A DNA stretch of 64,000 nucleotides, taken from assembly GCA_026026165.1 (NCBI GenBank), contig JAPEUD010000088.1, positions 1 to 64,000 of the forward strand, written 5' to 3'. The notes beneath the pieces are model-generated. The model was not told the origin of the DNA, ran no database searches, and was given only the letters and a program-made list of their open reading frames with translations. Origin of the DNA: Sarea resinae. Taxonomy: Eukaryota. Below are positions 1-15,413 of this stretch, piece after piece (the stretch's first letter is position 1; every line of letters starts with the position of its first letter). The position numbers and the translations under genes are program-made.

Positions 1-730
1 TACAGTTACTACTAGGTCTTAACACCTACTTTAGTTTTAACACTGTTACAACACTGTCTTAACACCTATAGAAGGTGTTAGATACTATTAATACTGTAAT
101 AACACAGTGTTAGGATATATAGAGTAGTAACCTAAGTATTACTAGAAGTTTCTAGTAAGTTACTAGTAGTTATATCTATATATTAATTACTTTACACCTT
201 TATAGCTAGAATCTATAACTTTATAATAGATAATTATTCTATACTACTTTATACTTCTTTATAACTTTTCTCTACTTATATCTTTATACTACTTTTTAAT
301 ATCTTAGGTTAGGTTAACTATAATTCTACTAATACACTATTAGTTAATAGGTTACTAGACTAGCTTTATCTAGTTTATAAGACTTATCTATAGAACTATT
401 AGATTAGATAATCTAGTTAGAGTAGCTACTTAGTACTTTACCTTCTAGAATATTTTGAAACTATTTAAAAGTCTATAGAATTAAAGGTACTAGTAGTATC
501 TTTATATAGTCTAAAAGCTTTTACTACCTTTTTACTAGCATTCTATATATAGTAGTAATTAATCTCTAGATTTTAAGACTTAATAGCCTTAATACTTATT
601 TATAATTATATTTATTAGATATAGTATCTCTAGGCTTAAACTCTAGAATAAAGACTTAATATACTCTCTTACTCTCTAGCTAAAGAGAGAGTAAGTTTAT
701 TAGCTAACATAAACCTTAACACAAGATTTA
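1..730. mobile_element. AT-rich RIP-degraded repeat relic (probable transposon remnant, family not identifiable)
   Basis: Very AT-rich, no CpG seen before ~732, strong TpA excess, no ORF of 60 aa or more, and an abrupt switch to balanced composition at ~730. Confidence 0.75.
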
Positions 731-1023
731 GCGTGGCAAAAGCCTCTAAACAGCGCGAGTATACGTCACTGTTTTTACCAGTACTAAAAGTTAAAAACTC
801 TCGTTTGCAGAAATCCGATGTATTGTCTCCGGGCCACAGTCACCCCCCATTGGTCGCCTATCAGAGGCTCTCTGACGACCATACTCCCCTCCCTAATGCG
901 ATTCGGAATAGGTGTGAGATAGGAAGCCTACGAGATCCACCAGTAGCTCCGAAGTAAACGAATGCGTTGCGACTTGGTGTCTTTGTAGGCCTCTTACACC
1001 TGGGCTTTGATGCAGCTGCCGCA

Positions 1024-2854
1024 ATGCCTTCCGATTCAACATCGACCTCTGGCACCTCTCGCGGAGGCATGATATCCCTCTATGCCGACTTGCTTGATGC
1101 GACATCGAAGAACACAAGTGATCCTGCCTCCGGAACGATCTCACGCGCCCCTGTGATACTACAGCCGACCACGTCGGACGACGCAGGCCCGCTGGATGAT
1201 GCTGCTGCTGCTGCGAGAAGGCAACAGATTAGTGCCGGTAGACCTTTACTGCTTCCTTTTTGAGTTGGATCAATTATGGTCCGACCAGCTTGCTCAGGGT
1301 TAACTTTCATTTCTATGTGCCAGCGGCCCTTAGATTCCAGCCGACAAAGAGACCGCAACTCTCAGCTCAGAAGCCAAAGTCTAAGCCATCGGTGTCGAAA
1401 GCTTCTGCCCCCCTCACGAGTGCCTCCACATCGACCCAGAGAAGCAATATTTCTGGATGGCCTGCGACAAAAAGTACTCTAGCGGACTGGGCTGCTACTG
1501 GCGATGACAATGACGTGAATGATTTCTATGGTACAGAAAGACGTCAACGCGGTGGCCGAAAGAAACGTAGAAAGGGGAAAGAAGAATCCGTTATTCCTCA
1601 AGACTGGGATGATATCTATGACCCTTCAAGACCAAATAGCTACGAAGAGTACAAGAACAGTGACGAGAGAATACGTGAGATAAGAGAGTGGAAAGACCGA
1701 CTTTATGCACATTCGGTCGTCCGTAGCAATACTAGCGACGTCGATAGCGATACGGAGCTGCGTGAAAGGACCCTCAAGAGCAGTATAAACCCCATGACGC
1801 CAATGCCAATAGGAAGCAATTGACAATTTACAGACCAGTATGCACCGCCTTCGTCATATTCGGTCGTACCTCCAGACCTCGACAGCATACCTCAGTCCAA
1901 CAACGAAGTCTGGGACGATCCAACGGGTGAAGATGCGTATTCTCGGCGTCTGCGGATGAGCCAGACTCAGAAGCTTGACCAGGCGTCCGGTTCAATGCCC
2001 GAGCCCTATTCAACGGCAGAACCTGCTGACATGCAACCATCGTCACCTTCAAACAGCCAAGCAGCGTCTGGTACCATATCTAGGCCCCCGGTCCGCTATC
2101 AACTCCCTTCTATGCCAGACACTTACCCCCCAGAGACGGAAATGATGGAGAGTGACCAGCAAGAGGTATACGAAGACGGAAGGGGATCAGATGATGCCTC
2201 TCGATCTTTACGACCGGGTCAAAAGGGATTTGCTGAACGTCTTATGACAAAATATGGCTGGTCCCAAGGCTCTGGCCTTGGTGCAGCGGGCAATGGTATT
2301 GTTAATCCACTGCGCGTTCAAGTCGAAAAGCGGAAGCGAAGACCGGATTCTGAAGGCGGTGGTTTTGTGGACCCAGGAGGTCGGGGGAGAATAATTGGAG
2401 GAAAGAAAAAGGGGTCCGGTGCTGATGAACAAGGAAAATTTGGAACCATGAGTGAGGTAGTTGTACTACGGGGCATGGTGGATGGTATGGATCTGGACGC
2501 AGAGGTTGAAAGAGCAGGTGACGGCGGTCTGATACAGGAGATTGGAGAAGAGTGCGGTGATAAGGCAAGTGTGGTCTTCAACGATTTGGTCCAACCATTG
2601 TGGCTGATATTCATCAAAGTACGGTCGGGTTGAGCGGGTCTTTATCGATCGGAAGGCTCCTGCAGTCTTCGTAAAGTTCACGAGTCAACTGTCCGCACTC
2701 AGGGTAAGGAAATGACTGCGGTTTTTAGTCCATTCTGTTGTGCTGATCGAACTTCCAGGCCGTCAATGCTCTCGAGGGCAGAATATTCAACGGTAACACC
2801 ATTTCCGCCAGATACTATGACACCCAAAAATTTGACGAGGGTCTGTACGAGTGA
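1024..2854 (+). CDS. SPF45: SPF45/RBM17/DRT111-like G-patch + UHM(RRM) splicing factor (5 exons)
   Basis: DIYDPSRPNSYEEYK SPF45 motif; G-patch (FAERLMTKYGWSQGSGLG); C-terminal UHM (EECGDK|YGRVERVFI...ALR|AVNALEGRIFNGN). Introns at ~1237-1323, ~1783-1833, 2565-2619 (GC-AG) and 2704-2758. Confidence 0.9.
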
Positions 2855-3462
2855 TCTGGGCAAAGTGCTTTCGAAAGGCGATTATAGCACCTAGAGAACA
2901 GCTTCTCCGCCAAAGAAAAGGAGTTCTGTCACGCTGGGATCAATGCGACCCATGGACCGCCGTATGATTGTAATGTGATTGGTACTCGTCCTGGTGACCG
3001 GTGGTTGCTATATGTACATGGAATGTGAGAGAAATAGCATTCGAGAGAACAAAAAATTCGCAAGGGACGGACCCAAAACAAGGCTATTATAGCCTGCCAC
3101 TTGAGTTATTAACTGGAAAATGCTGCTTAGAAAGTACCGTAGAGTGAGGACACCAGTACGCCACCGACAACATCGAACATCCGATTACTACACATTGATT
3201 GACGCTGCGATGACTCGAACTCGATGACAACAGATCATCTGACTGTACTAATGTGAGAGTTGAGCAATGAGAATGAGAAAGATGAGAAAGGATGCCTTGC
3301 TATAAGTTGGACTCGATTGCAGCGAAAACTGGAGTCCTTTGGTCGAGACCTTCCCTCAGCTCGATGGCACAACCACGATTTCGTGATTTGAATCCTGTAG
3401 TCCACGAAGCGGCTAGATCATCTACTGCAGAATGCTACGATGATTGAAAAGATGAGTAGGTT

Positions 3463-5002
<1,540 letters not shown>

Positions 5003-6068
5003 GATGAATGAGAATCGCCGGCGGCGCACACGCTTCACCGCGGCCTAATCACGAATTGATGCAACGAAGCTTCGGCCGGCGAAGACAGCCCTCCCCCTTT
5101 CGCACCTTTGCGGGAAAGCCCGAGCTTGAAATCGGTGTGCGATGGGATACGAAGTGCGACTTGGCGGCCTCGATGGCACAATGAGTATCTGGCTGAGCGA
5201 TGGGTGATTGCCTCTTCTCTTCTTTCGCACTGGAATTAGTATGAAAGATAGGGTACGAAACAGATGGATGAGATGAGACGGACGGGGGAGCATAGACGAG
5301 GTGCCGGATTAAGTCTAAGATGGATGGGAATTGTTGTTTGTCGAGCTGCTTTGGCTTGGCGAAGACTAGAGTTGTATCATAGATGTAGCTGGCAATACTA
5401 CTTTACTAAGGAAATACTTTATACGAGGAAGTATTAGACGAGCAGCGGTTACGGTCAGGGTCGTGCACGTACGAAGTCACTACATTACCTATGGGTAGGT
5501 ATGTACGGAGTAGACTATGTTCCTTCATCTGCCGTCTTCCTTCTGTCATGAGGCATGAATGGTACATTGTTACTGCAGTAGAAAGCCAAAGCCAAGTAGA
5601 GCTTCTCTTCTCATCAAATGCTTGGTTGGTGGAGAGGACTTACTCGCCGCTGGAAGTTCGTACGAACTCCGAGGGGTTCAAGGCTCCCTTCAAAGCACGT
5701 TCTCTAGGCAGCTCCATAGAACTTGAGACTACCCTAATCGTGAGATGAGCATCTCAGTGTTTTTGAGAAATTTTCTTCTTCTTTCGAAGACAACGTCTGC
5801 CTGAATTGATGCTTCGCGGAGGACGGACTGCGGTAGGCGCAGTACAAGGAGAATGAAGTGAAAGAGGTAATAATACAATCAATCGCGAGCTCTATCGCAA
5901 TAGCCCTCTCAGTGTCTGGCAGGCGCTCTGGGTAGCACTATGTAATATTATATAACTCAGGACATATAAAAAAGACTGAAAGCACAAGCTCCGAATCACG
6001 AATATTCAGATCCTGTAGATTGCCCAGAAAATGTCGTCTCGAAGAGCGGAAATTTGCCAGGAGACCAC

Positions 6069-7269
6069 TCAGGATTGCCGTCTGAATTTTACTGGTGGCA
6101 TTGTATCGCAGTCGTCTTCGCTCGTCTTGCGCTTTGGCGATGAGCTCGCAATCGATTGCGAGCTATCCATGCCATGTTGTCGCATACTGCTACCGTCAAC
6201 AGCGATAGACATGTTGCGCTCCTGAGAGTTTCTATTGCTTGATGGCGGAGTATGCACCCGGTAATGATCTGGCTCAGCATCCAGTAGCTCCATAAAACTT
6301 TCCAGAACGACAGCATGGATGTGCCCTAGATCTTGTGACTGAAGAGCGAAGGCTTGTCGCAAGGCCTTGGAGAAGACCTGTTGTGTGCCTGGAGATGATG
6401 CGTCATAGAGGGCTTTGGGCAGCATCCAGACAACAAATTCCATCCAAGCAAGAGCACTTTCCAAAATCGTCTCTTTGGAGAGCTTAGTTTCTTTGTAGGA
6501 CGGGTATATACCGGGTGGCGAAGGCTTGGTAAGATTTGGCGTAATGCTCCCGATCTTATATATGCGATCTGAGATTCGGCCACGTCTACCCCTCTCCGTG
6601 TCCTTATGCGTAGCCTTTCTCTCGGCATCTTTCTGTTGGACAGATTCGAAAGACGCCTTTTCTGCGCTAAAGAATGCTCCCATCAATGATTGAGAGCTCT
6701 CTGGAAACGTCATAGCTTGACGCGTGTCCTCCACAGCGGTCCCTCTGAATTCAGGATGCTCATCCGTTGAAAGACATGTCGTATGATCGCGGGAAGCTTG
6801 ACTCGGCTCCGCCGTTGTCATCCGTTGGACGTAGGTTTGGCCCCCTTCGTGGACTCCGATGGATCCCTTCGACGACTGAGACACAAGCTCCTGTCTCACC
6901 CTTGGACGAGTACCCGATTTCACTAATGGATCGGAAAGAGAACAATTAGATGTTGGAAAGCACGCTTGATATAGAGGGCGGAGCTGAGCTGTATTTCGCG
7001 AGAGAGGAGATTGATCTCTATCGTCGTGGAAGGTGCTTGAGGATTGACTGGTGTGTAGCGACGACGACTGCTGGCTTTCTGCACATGAAGAACGAAGTAT
7101 ATCGGCTGGGAACAAGATGTTTATAGGGGGAAGCCTTCGATATGGAATCTCATTAGCATCCGAACGGCCGAATAGATTGATAAAGATGTACGTCGTATTT
7201 CATAACTCACTTTCGTTCGTTCACAATGGCTTGTCGGGAAGATCCTTGGTGAAGAGGAATACAAACCAT
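6069..7269 (-). CDS. Putative bHLH transcription factor (divergent), 2 exons
   Basis: Basic/helix-1 segment RKATHKDTERGRRGRISDRIYKIGSITP and helix-2 segment SKETILESALAWM. ATG at 7269 with intron 7210-7135 (GTGAGT...GCTAAT...AG) joins in frame to give ...NERKLPPINILFP. Confidence 0.7.
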
Positions 7270-9352
7270 CTTTTGAAGCGTCAAAGAATTGGGGACTGGA
7301 TGACGAATGTCAAGAACGTAGACCGTGACGAGTTTTGTATGCAACGAATATCAGCAAAGGGAACAAGACCCCAGTCTTCATTTATAAAGCAGTCATATCC
7401 CAGCAGCAAAGCCGATGCAACCAAGTCATGCCATTAACGAAGCAAAGGGAAAGGCCACCAGTCTCGAACAGCTATGAAGTTGAAAACAGAGCTGAGGCTG
7501 CAGGAACAGGAAACCCGCACGATACGCGGAATCAACGAGGGGTCCCCGGATGGGACCGCACGACGCTGGATACAAGTGCAGATCCGTGTAACAGATTTCA
7601 AAGACAGTCATAACGGGAGGTTGCAGGACATTTTGGAAAATATGAGCGACCAGACAAGAAACCTAGGTAGGTAGGTGGGTAGGTAGGTACGAGCTAGATC
7701 GAATGATGTTCGCCACAAATCATAAGAAGAGGAGCACTTGCGGACTGCGATAATTCAGAGGGAATCTATTAAGCTCATACTTGCAGATTTCGAACCAAAC
7801 ACGCTTGTATGATAGGTAGAGTACGAATCTTCACCGATCGCATTTCAGGGTCCAAGTGTCCCCTTGCATTGGCGTTGGCCCTTGCATGTCCGTTTCTTCG
7901 AACCGAGACAAGTGCCAGACAATCGCATCGCAATCATAAAAAGACCCAGATTCAAGGAAGCCTGGAAGATTCGTGATCTTAGGAAACCCGGAGACAAGTA
8001 CGAAGTACGTCAGCCCGGGAAAAGTTGATGCAAGGTCCATTGCGTTTTGGCGTTTTGCCTTTCACCTGTTCTTGAGAAAAAGCAGTGACGACAATGACCG
8101 CGAAACAACGGCACTCGTTGATAGATTAAGACAAACAGAAGCACCTGCCCTATGAAAGTGTCTGACGGCTTCTAGGTCTTCCAGTCCAGAGCCAGAGCGA
8201 GGGTATCATTGAGGAATGACTTACTCTGCATGATCTTGTTGCTACCTTGACTTGAATGAATAGGCAGGCACAGTAGGTTGAGAAGTCCGAAGCTCGATCC
8301 CAACCTCGGACCCATACCATACACCCGTCGTATGATTAAAGGTCACCTGGCAGCCGAAGAGAGAGAGGCCAGCCCAAAAATTCAAAACATCTCATACATG
8401 ACTTCCACTCTCTCGTTCATGCTTAGACCGGGGTGACAGAAGAAGAGCAGATAGACGTACTTCGTACAGAGCAACATTGCACCCTGAGATTTCGTTGTAG
8501 GCTTTGCTCATATAGTTACGATAGACAGGCCTATAGACAGTAGAACCGTCAATAATGTGGGGGGATTCATGGGACAGTGATACAGGCAATCAGTACTTCC
8601 ACCTTATGTCCTAGGTCGTCGAAGCGTCGAATCGAAGCATTGGATGTCTATGTACGAGAGACCGTCACACAAGAGCTAAGGACCACATGTGGCACCGATC
8701 AATCCTCGAGCACACAGCTGGTGTAAGCCATTTGATTGTCCTCGAATATCTGGGGCAGATCTAGATTACGGGCAAATCGGGCCGGGAACGTGCTATTCAA
8801 TGAGACACTCCCCCCTAGGATTACTACTCTGGGGTTGAAGGGGGCATCATACTTGTCATGGGGCCAAGAATGAAGATGAAGCTCACGAAATGATGAGTAT
8901 CAGCGTAATGAAAAAGGTTCCGCATTTTGATACCACGTAAGAGGTTGTGGAAAGTTGCTGAATAAACTACACAAGCAGAAAGCGTATGAACATGAAGTCG
9001 GAAGAGCTGAAGTGGAGGGTCCCATAAACTCGTGCCGCTTTCTACCAACCAATGCCAGATGAATACTTTTCTTGCTGTGCAGTGGACCCCAAATCAGTAC
9101 GTGGTCTTGGCCAGATTTATTAAAAGCCCGCTCCAGTAAGCCTCCTCCCGGCTTCTCTCCTACCGTACTGATCCATCGAGGCTGTCTCGTGGAGAATAGA
9201 ATCTCTTCTCACTGAAACAATGTAAAGCACGCCGAAAAGAAAGAATGAAGGTCCGCTCAAAGGCTCGAAGTTCTGTAGCAAACGACAAGACACAAAGAGG
9301 ACGAGCTTATTAGGTCTACGCGATTAATAAAGAACGCCAACGTGTTTTGCCT

Positions 9353-10765
9353 TTAGAACGAGATATGCATCAGACCTGCCACGAAGACAGACAGAACAAC
9401 CGCAGCAGCCTTGACTTCGAACCGACCTGAAGCGGCAGACTTCTTGGTGGCAGAAGCTGAAGTAGCAGAGCTCGAGCTCGATGCGGTCGGGTTGCTTCCC
9501 TTGGTACTGGGCTTAACAAGCTTGCCCTTGCAGGTAAATGAGCCCTTGATGGCCCCGCTGGACTTTTCCTTCTGGAAGGCGCTGCAGTCCAGAGGAGCAG
9601 ATGACTGCATGTTGAATCCACCACGGACGTCAGAAAGAGCTGGCAAGTCAACACTATAATGTATGATTAGCACGCCGAGTTGCATATAGAACCAGATGCG
9701 TAGGGCTATTTACCTCGTGAAGTTTCCACTAAAGTCCAGGGCACCAGCAATGGTGCTCAACTTCGTGAAGCCGTTGACTTCGGAAAGCTTGGTGTTATTG
9801 GCGATTTGATATCCACCACCAATGGTCGTGAGCACTGGGAGGGAGATGTTGGTCAACGCCGTGTTGCTCACAAAGACCAGCGACCCTTGCTTTGTAGAGG
9901 TCAAGTTCGGGGCCGCAAAGTCGGTGAATTCGTTGCTGTAAAAGCCCATAGATCCGTTGACAGATGCAAGAGAAGGCACAGACACGGAGCTGCAGTTGCG
10001 GAAGGTCATGTTGTAGGCCCACTCGAGGTTCGGGAACGAGGCAGACAAGTTCTTGCCGTTGGCCTCAATGTTAAGAGATTGGGTGATGTTGCCGAGTTGC
10101 ACATTGATCTCGTTTAAGTAAGGGTTGTTGTTGATGTTGAAGTTATCAACCTCTTGAAGGTTGATGCCCTGCAGCGAACCCAGTTGAGTATCCGTAATGA
10201 GAACACCTGAGGCCTTCTGGACTTGAGTATCGAAATTGAGGGATTGAAGAGCAGGAAGAGCAATCCAATTGATTGACCCAACCTGGGCCAGACGAGCAAA
10301 ACTCAATGTAGACAGGACCGTCATGTTCTGCAGGGAGAACTGTTGACCAATAGTCTGCAGACTATCGGCTTCGAGGCCAGTGAGCTGGGCACCATTCAGT
10401 CCCGTCAGCGAGCCGGTGATGGACTGGATTGTGTTGATGGCAATATTGCCAGCAGCCCCAGTAGCAATCACGACATCTCCGGAATATGTCGAACAGGCTG
10501 CCAAGGCTGTGGCATCGCCGCCATTTTGGAGTGTGGTTGTGCCACTGCACGAAGAAGATGCTATAATTCGCGTGTTAGTCTTATTCCAAGCAAAGCGTTG
10601 TACAGCTCATATTTGACTGGAGAATGGGGTCCATGAGGTTGTCTTGATGCAGGAGAGGAAAATTGCAGCGGCTTCCGATGTAGGAAAAGATATGTTAAGA
10701 CTCTTCTTACCTGCGGCAGTGCCAGCGATCGCGAGAGCGGGAAGCAGATACTTCATTGTGAACAT
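9353..10765 (-). CDS. ECM33: Ecm33/Pst1 GPI-anchored cell wall protein (receptor L-domain)
   Basis: Signal peptide MFTMKYLLPALAIAG; INWIALPALQSL, NINNNPYL and FPNLEWAYNMTFRNCS motifs; Ser-rich linker and hydrophobic GPI signal; 2 introns. Confidence 0.93.
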
Positions 10766-13700
10766 CTTGAATGTAGTTTATAACTACGGTGATGAGAAGT
10801 AAGTATCCGTGTATGGTTGTTGATGACCACGATGAACTTTGTTATGATCAGAATCAAGCTGCCTTCCAACAAGATTCTGGTGGAAACATCGCTCTGGTAA
10901 AGGTGGACCACATACCAGAAGTGAATTAAAACTGCCCAATTCGCAGAAGATAAGAGGTTGTCAATGGAAAGCTGCTGGTATTACTTCGAATGGATGTCTG
11001 ATGATGATGTTGTCGAACGAATGTGAAGAATTGAAAGGTAACGAGAGAGAAATACTCGACGAGTCCGAAGTCCACAGAGTCCACACGTTTGAAGAAGGCG
11101 TGGCTGGCAAAGGGAGGAATGAGAGTGAAGAAATGTGGAAGGAGGGTGGGAGAAAAGGGATGCCGAGCGAGCAATTTGTTGTGCTGGGCGTCCCTGTTCA
11201 AGGGGAGTCGCGTTTAGCCACTAGTGCTGTGCTAGGGTTAGCACGACCAACCATCGCTTTGCCCCGTCGGAGCGAATGTGGACTAACTCAAAGAAAGTAT
11301 CACTCCCCGCTGCAGGAGGAGGTAGATAGGTACTTCACAGGTACCTTGGATCAGTATCCGCAGCTGTTGGTGGATGTGAATGGAAACCTGGAGATCATCG
11401 GAAGGTGCTGTTGTACCCAAGCAGGTAAAATACCTTGGGCGTACATGCGACACAGCTGCTTTCTCGCACAAAACTACCCCCTGCATTCCGTACTCCTCCG
11501 GTACTCTAGCTTCATCATTCGGTCCAAGAGCATACTACTCATAATCTACCTGACCTGGAACATCCATGTAGGTACTGAGAGTACGGAGTATTCAATCTCG
11601 TACCATTGCGCGAATGGACATGGACTTATGCCAGGCGGGACCGGGACGAGGACTAGGACCGTACGAGCCAAACCTGCACGAGCTATCTTTTCGACCACAA
11701 GCTGTATCTACTGCATTCGTGATATGTGAGCGAGCTCCTCACCACAGTCCGTCACGATGCTGTGATCAGCGTGCTTCACTCATCATATGAAGGTACCTCT
11801 CTGTCGCATTAGTTGTCATTGATCCAAAATGATACAGCTTGTATCTCAGAGGTATCTTCGGCAGAACTAAGAATAGACCTAAAATAAGGGTTCCTTGCAA
11901 TCCAGGCCAAGGGGTCTATCACCACAGGAACAGCAAAGTATGGGCAGCTTCGACGTCTCGTGCCAAGGGATCTTTCGGCACCTGTCACGATTCCGAAATG
12001 CTTGCGGTGACAACGGGGAATCTAATACATCCACTGTGAGTAGAAAGTCGGTGTTCTGCAGCTTCCCTGCACAACTTTGCATGGGGGAATTTCAATGCCC
12101 CTGCACAGCGCTATACATATCTCCAGATAAGCCGGCCCACGACTCTCCCAATAAGTACAACCTTCCTCAAGGTAGGTACTGCTACTTGTGTCGACGGCTC
12201 ATCAAATACCAATATGGGACTTCCATGTGCTAGTCGTGATTGACCTACGCGAGCGAACGGCACTGATCAGGCTCCTTTCAAACACTTGGCTCCACATTCG
12301 AGCCGCACTAGGAGCAAAAGACATGATTGGTGTCACTACTCTATTCAATATGGCATACAATCTTGCTTTCCGTTGGCACCGAGTGCTTCTAGATGTTTAT
12401 TAGTCTAGCTGGACTGGGACCGAGACGACATACGATACCTGAATCTCCACTTTGTCAGACTTTTGGAAAGCGGAACGCGAAATAGTCAAGACGAGCTGCA
12501 CAGGCGGCAGCCAGAGCGGAATTCAGTGAGCTCCTGACAAAAATAGGTCTTTCGGCCAGCTTGCATCAAGACGGGTGGATTGATGGATGGATGGATGGAA
12601 GTCAGTTGTCTGTTGTGCAAAGGATTGGCCAATTGAAATCTGAGGCATTGCGCGTTAGTGGCGTATTGGTGTGGGAGTATCATTGTATGGGTAGGTAGGT
12701 AAGGTAGGTAAGGTAGGTAGGTAGCTACGCACTCTGAGGTGAAGTACTCGGTACCTCGCAACTTCCGGATAGTCTGGAGTTGCAATCCCCTGTCGTTGCC
12801 GAGGGAAACAACTGATGAACGTCGAATGATAACCTGCAAGTAGTCTCTCTTTAAAATTGTACGGGGTTTGACAAACGTATCTACGTATCTCGACGGCAAT
12901 CGTTAAAACCCTGCCCAGTGGTAGCCCTGGAGATCTTGCGGATGCAAATCTTACTGAAGCATCCGCCCAATCTCCGCGGTTAAGAGATGTCCGGGATCAG
13001 TAACGAGCGACCTCCCCAATAAGGCGAGGATGGCCGCTATGAAATCAAGCGTCAAACGTCCAATGTCGAATGCCACCTAAACGGGGTACCTTGTTCCCCT
13101 TCGCTGGTACAAATCATATTGGTGTTATTTCCTTCCTGGTAGGCCGAGGGGCGTTCAGTCATACTTCCTAATTGTGTAAAGTACGAAATTGCAAGTCAGA
13201 TTATTGCAGTCGCAGGTTCGCGGAAAAGCAAATGCATGACGGGGAGTTGCAGTTGTCAGTCAACCTATCCAGCGGCGGGATCTACATGCTGTAATTTCGA
13301 CTGACAGGCTGTGGTTTGCCCAGCAACGCCCCAGTGTGGCTAACCTACGAGGCGGCCTCTTCCCTTCTATTCGCCGCGGCAGAGCAATCCCCTTAACCCA
13401 CGGGAAAAGGCGGCTTGAGAGAGGTCCCTTAGGATGGTCCAGAACAATGAAGCACCTACTGCGTACATACGTAGTTGAGTACTCCAATGTGTCTGATATT
13501 TGGGAGAGTATTCGTAGATGTAGGGACGGTACGCGTAAGTACCTTACGTATCTCCTGGCGGGCTCGAGCCTCGGGCGGGCTGGCTGACCTCGTTAATGGT
13601 TGATTAGACGAACAAGATTAAAGGCTTCAATTGGCTTACATACCGAGACTACCCTGTGATAGGATCGCCCAGCAAGATACTTGGCTTAAGGTAGGTGCTC

Positions 13701-13790
13701 TTTACCCTACTGTTATTACCTTACTTATCGTCGACCGTTTCATTGCGGATATGGTCCTTGTCTGCCTCAGCTGCCTATCTTAGATAGGAA

Positions 13791-14761
13791 ATGGGTAAAG
13801 CGTCAATAGAAGATGGGGATGGAGAAGGACCACCGGGTAACGCATTGATGGAATTGAAGAAGCCCGAAGCCGAATTGCCACCACATGCAATCTCTACCGC
13901 CAGCATGCTAGAAGAAGGATGTGCGCATCTCATTAACATTGATCCGAGACTGAAGACTGTCATCGAAAGACACCACTGCCATATATTCTCCCCCACTGGT
14001 CTGGCGGAGGAAATTGATCCGTTTCGCAGCTTGATCAGTGGGATTTTGGCCCAGCAGGTTCGTCCATTGAATTCTCATACAAGCTTTGTTGCTCATTCAA
14101 GGCATTAGGTCTCGGGGGCGGCAGCAAATTCAATAAAGAATAAATTCGTTGCGTTGTTCAATACAGAGCCTCACGAAGGCCTCGAAATTCTAACGCCGCA
14201 GTTCCCTACACCCTCCCAAGTGGCAGCCTCTAGCTTAGAGCGACTGCGGACGGCTGGACTCTCTGGTCGCAAGGCTGAATATATCAAGGGTCTGGCTGAA
14301 AAATTTGTCAGCGGCGAGCTGAGCGCTGAGATGCTGATGGAAGCTAGCGATCAAGAGGTTATTGAGCGACTGACGGCTGTTCGAGGTCTAGGTAAATGGT
14401 CCGTGGAGATGTTTGCATGTTTCTGTCTGAAGCGCATGGATGTTTTCTCGACTGGCGATTTAGGGGTACAGTAAGTTTTGTAAGAGAAATTGGGTGGACT
14501 TCAGCAAACTTATTATCCTACAGGCGTGGCATGGCCGTTTATGTTGGCAAGGACGTGGGCAAGCTTAGAACAAGGGGCGGAAAATGGAAATACATGACGG
14601 AGAAGGAAATGCTTGATATTTCGGCCAGATTTTCGCCGTATAGGTAGGTTCAATGAGAAAGTTTCTCTGTTGCTTACGGTAACCACCGTTACAGAAGCTT
14701 ATTCATGTGGTACATGTGGAGAATGGACGATGTGAATATCGTTGCGCTTCAGGGAGGATAG
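13791..14761 (+). CDS. MAG1: DNA-3-methyladenine glycosylase (HhH-GPD, Mag1/AlkA family)
   Basis: DPFRSLISGILAQQ|VSGAAA, LRTAGLSGRKAEY, HhH motif VRGLGKWSVEM, GDLGVQ and FSPYR|SLFMWYMW; 3 introns; start uncertain. Confidence 0.88.
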
Positions 14762-15413
14762 CCGTCGACCGTTTCGGTGCTTCGCTGATATCTTCGCCAA
14801 TATTCAACGGAATGATTCGTGAGCGAAGGAAGCTGATACAAGGCCTTGAACTGAGAGCAACCACTCCCTTATTGATATCTTCATAACTTGTCAGGGACGG
14901 CTTTGCTGAATGAGTCAATTCCCCTTCCATAGGGACAGGTAGATGACTAAAACTCAAATCTCGGAGGGAAACCCGAGAAGGGGCAGGTCTGGTAGAAACT
15001 AGAGTCTGTTGGTCACCTCATGGCCTTTAATGGCTTTGGACATTGTTGCGGCCTCGTCCGCTCTAGTCTGCAGTCGAACGAATCTCTTTATTGGAAGCAT
15101 AGCCCCAATGCTTCCACGTTCCGCTCAATATGCTCAGATTGCATGTCAAGTAGCCTCGAGCGTAAATAAAAAAGATCGCATGTGGAACCTTTGAACAAGA
15201 ACAAAAGATTGCATAACATAAGGCCCTGGAGACTCTTGATATGGCGAAAGTAAAAGCAATTGAGGCGATCAAGTGCATAGGTAGCTACTCGCAAATTGGC
15301 GAATCTTATTTTGTACAGTGCTTTCTCTCTTCTAATACAGTCTTCAGTAAGATGTTGATTGACCTTCAAGCCGCCTGCTCCGAGACAAACTCAATTTGTA
15401 ACGGCGTTCGCCC

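Noticed and set aside
5045..5293. 82-aa ORF ending 43 nt before the ANP1 ATG, a possible uORF
   Set aside because: Transcription start unknown and the peptide unremarkable, so it cannot be supported.
7300..9340. Short ORFs between the bHLH gene and ECM33
   Set aside because: All under 130 aa, with no domains or coherent splice model.
11001..11729. 242-aa plus-strand ORF upstream of ECM33
   Set aside because: Antisense to the pyrimidine-rich ECM33 leader and promoter, with no motifs or codon bias.
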